Below, one piece after another: positions 55,501 to 64,000 of a DNA stretch of 64,000 nucleotides. The position numbers and the translations under genes are program-made. Every line of letters starts with the position of its first letter. The stretch's first letter is position 1. The notes below the pieces were generated by a model, which was not told the origin of the DNA, did no database searches, and worked only from the letters and a program-made list of their open reading frames with translations. Source of the stretch: Trichoplax adhaerens (lineage: Eukaryota > Animalia > Placozoa); assembly GCF_000150275.1 (NCBI RefSeq), contig NW_002060943.1, positions 3,864,008 to 3,928,007 on the forward strand, in the 5' to 3' direction.

Positions 55501-58500
55501 AAATAATATACAGTATGGGTAAAGGGCTGATAGATTGGTTCTCAACAATATAAATTTATATTTAACCTATAAATTCCACACTTTGTCGATTGTTGACTGA
55601 TGTCAAGATAAAAGGTCTCAGTACCAAAGGAAATAGAACTGGGTAACAGAGTGGATCATTTGTTAATTGTGAATGTCAAGTAGGAATAAATAGCGTTTTT
55701 AAAAATATAGTCGATTCTGAAAGGAAATACTAAGTTGATGAATCCTTTACAAGCTTGGCGAGTTTACTGTAAACACGTGGTTATACTTTAGTTGAATTCT
55801 TGCAATTTATGTAACTTCTAAATGTAATTAATTAGTCACTATGTTTGTATAAGCGCACAAAACTACCAGTCGGTAAATTATGCTACAAATTCAAGATTCC
55901 AGCGGACTTGAAAAAATGTTACAAAATTAATCTCAAATCAGCGACTATAATGAAGCAATTTATGTCCTCTGAATAAATAGTATTGGCACAGTTTGAATCT
56001 AGCATATCTATTAAGCTAGTAAAGTACTATCGACTGATGGCTATTATAAGCATATGATTAATGAACTAATTTTTTAATACAATAAACAGTTAAATATCAT
56101 CAGGATAGATTTGTTAACGTTAGTAATTCAATTGCTTTTGCTAATTTGTTCGATGTAATCTGCAGACCATCCGTCAGAAATTTCCAAATCTTACTACCAG
56201 AAGACTTGGAACGCGTGGAAAATCGAAGTAAGTTATGAAATATTTTATATTCCGTTTATTTAAATTGATTTCCTTATAAACGACTTTATATCGTGTAATC
56301 GAATGACAATAGCTCATAATAGCTTTCTGATGCATTAAACAAATCGTATACAAATTATGAAACCCTGAGTCATGATGTTATAGACCACCATTGTAAATAC
56401 GTTGTATTGATCGTTATACAGTTGATAGCTTATCGTTAAGGTTATAGATTATAAAACTAATTCTTTTCCAGTAATGGCAGTTGAATAAGTTACATACCTA
56501 ATTTATAAGAGAGCTCAAAGGTCAGATCGTGTTCTGATCATGACCGCCTCGTGTTATATGCGTGTTCTAAAATATTTTAAAATAGAACATAAAGTGATAT
56601 AAATTTAGTTCTAAGAATATACAAATAGATGCTGGTATAAAGGCGATTTACTTTTTACAATAAAGAAAGTTCGTTATGTTATCGTTTACGCATAAAAGAG
56701 GAACTCTATATCGTTTCTGCCGTGAAACTTCAGGAAAAGTTCATAGTTGTCACGGGGAATTAGTCTTGATATCTAGTTCGAGATAGAAGGTATCTTCGTC
56801 ATGAGAAGAATACGAGTATAGATGCATATATTAGTAACACCCTGCAGATGAATTTTAGTCTACCAAAGCTAAGGTGCCGTGAAATAATTTCAGTTACTAA
56901 TCGTTTCATCCTTTATTTATATCCTATGTACTTAAAACCGAATTGGATAGATATCATTATTATGGAATTGGAATCAAAGAATCCTCACCATATTATAATG
57001 GCTTGCACTCTTTTTCCGGTTTGACAAGGTAAATATGATAAAATTTATAGTTCTAAAAACATCTCAGAAGAAATTTTATACGTGTGGGCGAAAGAGCAAG
57101 TATACATCTGCTTATCTATTTATTTATGATACCAAGAATTTTTATTTCGGCTAAAATTGAATTAAAATTTTTGTTGAATAATACTGCAATTGCAAAAGTT
57201 TAGATTTCTTATTTCGTTATTTTTCTATGCAGATTTTCTGGAGGAAGAACAGCTGATCAAGTAGGTTATATAACATAATGTTAATAATTTAGTTAATTAA
57301 AGACTTTATCTACAATGATCGCATTAGTAAGGGAAAAATAGATCCCAAGGTAGCTGTTAATATTGTACCATATCTTATTTTTAAAAATTCTATTCCAATA
57401 CTATTTACTTGTAATTTAAATGTCAAATACAAGTATTAATAAGGCTCTTATTATTTTTTTATCTCAAAAATACTTATTAAAACTGGGAATGCAATTATTC
57501 CTTTAGTTTATACTACCACAATTAACAGAAGTTAGTCTTAAATTCTATCGTTCATTGGCTTTCATAGTTGCAATTGTCGATAGATTTAATTTGAATCTAA
57601 ACGTAAATCGTCAAGTAGCGAAAGTTTTCAGTTATAATGACAGAGCTTCTACTTTATTATATAGTGTATAATTCCAAAATTTTTATAATATTCTAAATTC
57701 GTAGGGCCAGTATCTTAGCGAAAATACTGGTACTTTGCTTCCCCCGTTTCCTAGCGCTAAGCGGTTAGTTTTTCCGTCAAACATTCCTACAGCCAAAGTA
57801 AGAATAAAGAAGAATAAAAACAATCACAACTAATGTACAACTCCTTTATCAAATATAATCTTTTAACATGTTAATCTTTTACTAATTGATTTATCAAGTA
57901 GTAAAATCTATCGTACGATAGAGCATAATAGCGATAAATATTTATTTACCTTATTGATACTGCCCACAATTTCAGGTGGATACATTCTTTATAATGTATA
58001 AAACGCATTGTCAATGCGTATTAAATGCGGTTATCAATGCAAACTTCGATCAGGTAAGTTATTGATTTGTCAAGATGATTTGAAAAGCGCCTACTGCTCG
58101 AATAGATATCAATCAGAAATAAATGTTTAATTTTCCTTAACTTTCTTTATTTGCAATTTTGCAGATTGATACATTTTTATGCCATTTTTGGCAAGGCATT
58201 CCAACACACTTGATATCGTTGATGAAAGAACCCGCCGTTATTGACATAGTTTGCTATTACGATCATACGTTATACAAGGTGAAAGTTTGAAGCTTTTTAA
58301 GATATTTGGAACGCCATCAGCCCTATGTGTTTCGCTATGGGCTAGATGTCAATTAAACCAGATCGTTAAGAATATTAAAATTTAATATTCATTTTTATTT
58401 ATCTCATAATTAGGTTTTAAACGACATTATGATCCCTAAAGCGATGCAAGCAGCGTCTGGACAGTATGTAGAATAATTACAAAATATTCGCACAATCTTC

Positions 58501-61500
58501 AGTGCGGATATTATTTCATTATGAGAATAAGGATAGATGCTAGCAGTCTAAATTTCACTAGTTTTTCTGCATTTAGCTTTAAGTATCTTTATACCAAAAT
58601 GAAAGAAATTTCCTTTTTGCAGTAGAATGTAATAATAACTAAGTATGTTTCCATGCCAGTATTCTATCTGAAATACGGACCATGGTGAAACGATTTGAAT
58701 CTTGGGTGGTCACAGCCCTGAAAAATCTACCTGAAACTTTGTTGAAACGAAAATTAATAGGTAAAGTTATAAATATAAATTCAATATTAACAATATCTTA
58801 TGAGCCTCGCTTAATTCCAATCTACTTTCCTCACAATATAAGTATAACTAACTATCATATTTAAAACTTGAAAGTTTTGTTGCTTGTACAGTGAATTAGT
58901 CGCTAATTTCCATGACATTGCGGAATTGAAGTCAATATTTGAGTTTACGCATATCTAACATTTTCTCTATGTTGCAAAATGACGGATAAAACTGTCATTG
59001 TAGTTAGCAAATATTCCCTGCATAAGCAATCAGCATGCTGATAACTTGCTCTTAAATAGTATACCGTACCGAACACATGGTAGTGAAAAAGTTATAAAAT
59101 TAAATGTTCGTTTTTATAAACAATCTACTAATTTATTATTTCTATTGTAGTTGCCACTCACTTTATTCATAGCTTACGACGACAAACCTCCTTTATATTT
59201 TTGATGCTGGTAAGACAGTTTCTATTATAAGCCTAACGTGGACAATCGTAATTTGATTTAGAAACAATACGCGCTACTGTTATATAAATATTCGTACGCA
59301 AATAAAATATGAACGGCTAATAAATAAAATTTTAAATAAAAATTATTTGAATTATTATTAGGAATGGCAAAGACTTTACGAAAAGCCAGAATTACAAACT
59401 AAAATTGTCCATTGTGTCAAGGGCATCAAAGTAAAAACTAATGATATCGAACATGAATCGACTAATCAGGATACTACTATAATTTATGAAGGTAACTCAA
59501 CCATTGTATACCCGTGCACTTCTAGGATAATTTAGAACAAGGGTTCGATTTTATTTCATTTGGAGAATGAATGACTTAAAACTAATTTGAAGGATTTATT
59601 TAGATATCTTACTCAATGAAATATTCGTAATATTATCTTTCTTCTTACATTAGTGATATCAACTTGGAAAAAGCTGATGGCCAATAAATCATCAATAAAT
59701 GGTTACATCGAATGGCTAGATGATCTTGTCAAGCACGAAGTTGCTAAGGTAAGAAGATCACGATAATTACAAATCTATTACTAAACCGTATAATGGTACT
59801 ATCAAAGAATGTCGGATATAGTGCTAACTATCAACATATAATATCTTCTCTTGTATATTGCAACAAAACAAGAATGGACTAATGCGATTAGACGAATATC
59901 AACCCTACGCTTGCCATTTCTTGGCTTTATGGTCGAAAGCAACTCAATTTGTTAGTACGCGAATGAAGGGCTGCGAACCAAGTGTATGCGGTAATGCAAA
60001 AAATTTAATAAAGCAATCTATGTAATCTCATAATAAATTATTATAGGATATTAGTAGGATAGCATGGAAATTATTTTAGCTGCAAGTATTGCTAATTAAA
60101 ATATAAGTCCTTATATTTATTCCATATTCCAATACATTAGATGCCATTCATACTTTGAAAATGATGTTAAATGAATATCTGTGCCTTGCAATGGAATCGA
60201 AATATTATCGAAATCTAGATTCGGATATGCAGGAAAGCTTAAACAAATATTATATGAAAGATGGTAAGTTGCTAATATTAATCTATCAAGAATAAAACGG
60301 CATAAATTCAGATAATGTTTCAATATGGTATACTGCATGGATAATTCTTATTACTTGTGCTGTTGCAGTTTTAGTTAATATATGATTTTATGAATGGATG
60401 TAGTTTCGTTTTCTATAGCTCAATAGCTCTGAGCAATGTTAACATTATTTCCACCGGTAAATCGATTATGATTTTGTCTACTCTTACAAGTAGAGACTTT
60501 TTATGTAGTGTTAATGTTGAGGATCTTATCATGGACTACTAAATACTTCGATGTATTTAGTAGTCTATGGTCTTACAGTATTCTTGCATGATATTTTGTC
60601 TGACATCACTAATTCTATACTTGGAAAATGTTACAGTATTTCATGTACTAAAATAGGCTAATGTAATCGCTCGGATATAATTATTCCGTTACTAAACATC
60701 ATTACAAACAATGTTTCATTTCTTCCATACTTGAAAAAGTTATAGTATTTCTATACGTCGTTATATATTACTGCAAAAAATACTGCAATCATGTGTATCA
60801 ATTAATAATATGCAAACTCACCTATAATTTTACCTTAATTTCGGTCAATTAATAATCTTTCATTATTGGGATGTATTGGTTCACTTTTAAGCCTTAAATA
60901 TATATATTTACACGCCTTAGTTTATCACAACTAACCTAAGTTCTGATATATTTTGTTCATCCAAAATCAAGACCAACTATATGAAATTCCTAGCATTGCA
61001 TCCGACGATCCATTTTTAGATCCTTCATCTGAAACTGGTACTAGTGAATCTGATATCGATGAAGAGCAATCTCATTTAGATTATACCCACGGCAATCGAT
61101 CTATGGATGACTGTTACTCAATTTCATCATCACCAGTATCAGTATCTTGCATAACTGATGATACTGAGCACACACCCGATTGTTCTTCTGCATCAACAAG
61201 TGGCAATGTTTCTCCGCAACTACTTACCAGCTACACGGAAAAGTCGAATACCGCTAATATGGAATTATCCTATCGGCAAAATTTGGACAGTATTCCAGAT
61301 TTAGATAGTTACTTGGTAGTATCGATCAATAGTTCCAATCCAACCCAAACCGATCCAACGTTAGCATGGCAAAATACAGCGTTAAAACGATCTCAGCTCC
61401 AAGATTTCGATAAATATCGTCGTCCTTTTTATCATCACTGTCATAACAGTAGTACTATGCACGTTGATGGAATGCTAACATCATCGTCTCGGGTTAATCG

Positions 61501-61873
61501 GAATAAAGAATTGTCGCTAACATCTACACAACAGCAATCTTTAACCGATAAAAATAGGCATAAATTAGCTTATAAAGATTCTAATTATCAAGTCAAAATC
61601 TCAACTACAGAATGTCAACCCATCTCTTATTTTGATCAAGTCTTCAGTAGTAGCAGTATTGGTGATACAAGTGATTCATTAGCGATATCAGATGATGATA
61701 TTTCCAACGAAATTGATAAATCATCTATAGATACTCTATTGTATCCTAATAGTATTGAAAATGATGATATTATTAATTCCGCTTACGATCCTTATTTAAC
61801 ATATGGACAGCTACAAAATAGCAGCAGCCTTATGACGAATCAAGAAGAAATCGTCGACCTTACAAGCTGGTAG
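52521..61873 (+). CDS. RFX6: RFX winged-helix transcription factor, RFX6-like; 5' end not identified, terminal exon junction tentative
   Basis: Exons 52521-52656, 52857-52980 ([27 protein letters not shown]...ACPATFGK), 56166-56227 ([21 protein letters not shown]), 56951-57028 ([15 protein letters not shown]...GLTR), 57233-57260, 57705-57797 ([11 protein letters not shown]), 57976-58053 ([10 protein letters not shown]), 58165-58278 (HFWQGIP), 58414-58463, 58660-58760, 59151-59209 (SLRRQTSF), 59362-59491, 59654-59748 (YIEWLD), 59873-59990, and probably 60972-61873 (S/D-rich tail, phase compatible). Confidence 0.9.
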
Positions 61874-64000
61874 ACAAATAGTCATCTTTAGCAAATTGAA
61901 AAATTGTAACTTGCAAATTGACAAATTTTTATTTTTTTCTACTTGTCTATAATCGGCCAAATCTTTGCTCATCATATCAAAAATTTATTGTAAAAACAAA
62001 GAAAAGTATGAACTTCAAACTGAAAAGCTTTCAGTTAGTTACCAATAAGCTTGACTTGACGTTTTAGCCTACGAGCTGCTGCTAAACCATTTAAATACAT
62101 GATAGCAGAATATAAATTCATGTTATTGTATGATAATGCAACCACGTTTGAAAACTACATGTGAAAAATTGTACTATGCTGATTTTCTTGAATTTTGGAA
62201 CCTTTCCTAAATTAACAAAAGAAGACTCAAGTATTTTCTGTATTTTAATATATAACTGTATTTTATTATATGAAAATGTCTTATCCATGTTTTACGCAGA
62301 TTTCAATGAAACAAATTACATACGATCTTACTATTTTTCTATCTGCAATAAGGATTTAATATTATGATTGTTGATTGATTCATCTTATTTACAGTAATGG
62401 GGGCCTTAATGTTTAAATTCGTGGTATTTGTGTTTTAGAACTCTACTATTTTTAGAGCAACCAGATTAACGTGTTTACCCTGCCATCGGATTGCTAAGTT
62501 GTTTTAACGATATAACAATTCAGTGATTTAGCGGTAAAGAAATGAGTGTTTTACGCAGCATAAAGCCTACCAATATATTAGCTGCCATGATGACCCTCAT
62601 AATATTAGATCGTAACATTAGTCCGAAGTATTAGCATGTTTTTTTCTATGAGACATGCCATTTAGACCGTGATTCTTCTATTAAGCTGAATCTAGTAAGC
62701 GGAAATGATTTTGATTGGAAATTTGGATATTATCATGAAGTAATTTCCAGATGTCAGTTCTATGATTTACAATAAAGTCAATATGAAAAATTTCATCTTA
62801 AATAGGAACTAGTAATTAGGATAATGGTTTATATAGCATCTACTGTATTACCTGGATGCACGAAAAATTGAAATTGATAAAAATTGTTGAGCGATTATCA
62901 AAGATTCTACTAGGCAGCAACTGACATAAAGATAATAAATATAAAATATCAAATTCTAAAGCCTAAGGGTAAATATTGCTATTAATGTATTTTGTAAATA
63001 CTAAATTTTAATTTCTTAAGTTCCTTTATAGCCAAGATGCGAACAAATGCAAAAATGAAATTAAATATCATTGCTTACTATTAGTTCATTTCAATGTTAT
63101 ACGCGTAGATTTTAAGTAAAATTCATAGCGGAGCTCGAAGTAATGAAGTAAATCAGGAGATTAGCATATTATTAAAACGGAATATGCTTTATACGAGACT
63201 TATACGAGTACTAATGTAATTAGCTAACTGCACGATTTATACGTGTAAAGGTGCCCATAGCAAAGTACACATAGTGTTATGTAATAGAACATAGTAAAAT
63301 TCACTAGTTCTTTCTAAGAACTAGGCATACAATACAACGCATAAGAATACTTACACATTCTACGATTAAATTTGAGACGCCATCTGTCTAGTATTATGAT
63401 AACATTATGCTTAGCGATTAACTGAAATTCTCTAAAAGTTGCATGTGTGATCAGGATTTCAACATATAAAAGTAATGGATTAACATGCAATTTTCTCAAT
63501 TACCAGTTATCGATCACATCTGTCCAACTATCTTATATGGCAATATCTATTTATCTTCTAAACCGATTTGCCCAACTATTTAATTTTTAATTTGAATTGC
63601 AAAAGTACCGTATTTCTGTTAAGGTATAGAATACAAAATTTCAGTTCAAGCTTTCTAAATGATGCATGCTACAGCGTACAGGATGTAGATCAAACTTCTA
63701 CATATATTAATATCTATTTGAATATCCACACCGCCTGTTAATCTCACAATTCAGTTTGTCCCCATAAAGTTTGATTTTTTAGTGTTAATTTGGAAATAAT
63801 CCTATCATGAGGTGATATGTAAAACATTCAGTTTGAGCTTTTGAATCCTCCAATCTACAAAATATGTATAATGATTCATTGTCCGTACACATTAATAGCT
63901 TTTCATTCTTTCATGCAAAACCGTTCATGATCGTAACCTTGCGGAATCAGCTATTTTATTATAAAAATTTGCTCCTTATATATCAAAGGCAACTACACTA

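Noticed and set aside
60613-60757. ~35-bp diverged direct repeat in the last RFX6 intron
   Set aside because: Real but short; an ordinary local duplication with no functional signal.
60953-61873. Stand-alone 306-aa gene
   Set aside because: It starts at TTG, is low-complexity S/D-rich, and has a phase-compatible acceptor at 60971; better explained as the RFX6 terminal exon.

Overview
AT-rich, intron-containing animal genomic DNA with mostly short GT-AG introns. Gene content and architecture suggest a placozoan such as Trichoplax; this is inference. The left ~26 kb holds a sparse tandem cluster of three intronless class A GPCR paralogues, a probable decayed fourth copy, local duplications and a C-depleted ~0.9-kb island. 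The centre holds a 9-exon Dicer (~1368 aa, +), a ZFAND2/AIRAP-like gene (-), intronless OCIAD1 (+), IDH1 ending in SKL (-) and a BET1L/GS15 SNARE (+). Both head-to-head intergenic regions carry palindromic TACTG/CAGTA arrays. The right part holds a multi-exon RFX6-like gene. The key observation is the Dicer. It keeps intact helicase motifs, DUF283, PAZ and an RNase IIIb catalytic tetrad, but all four RNase IIIa catalytic positions are changed (E>K, D>K, D>E, E>S) and there is no C-terminal dsRBD. It is therefore predicted to be a half-active, single-strand-nicking Dicer. Exon models were built by hand from GT-AG sites and frame continuity and are not transcript-verified.
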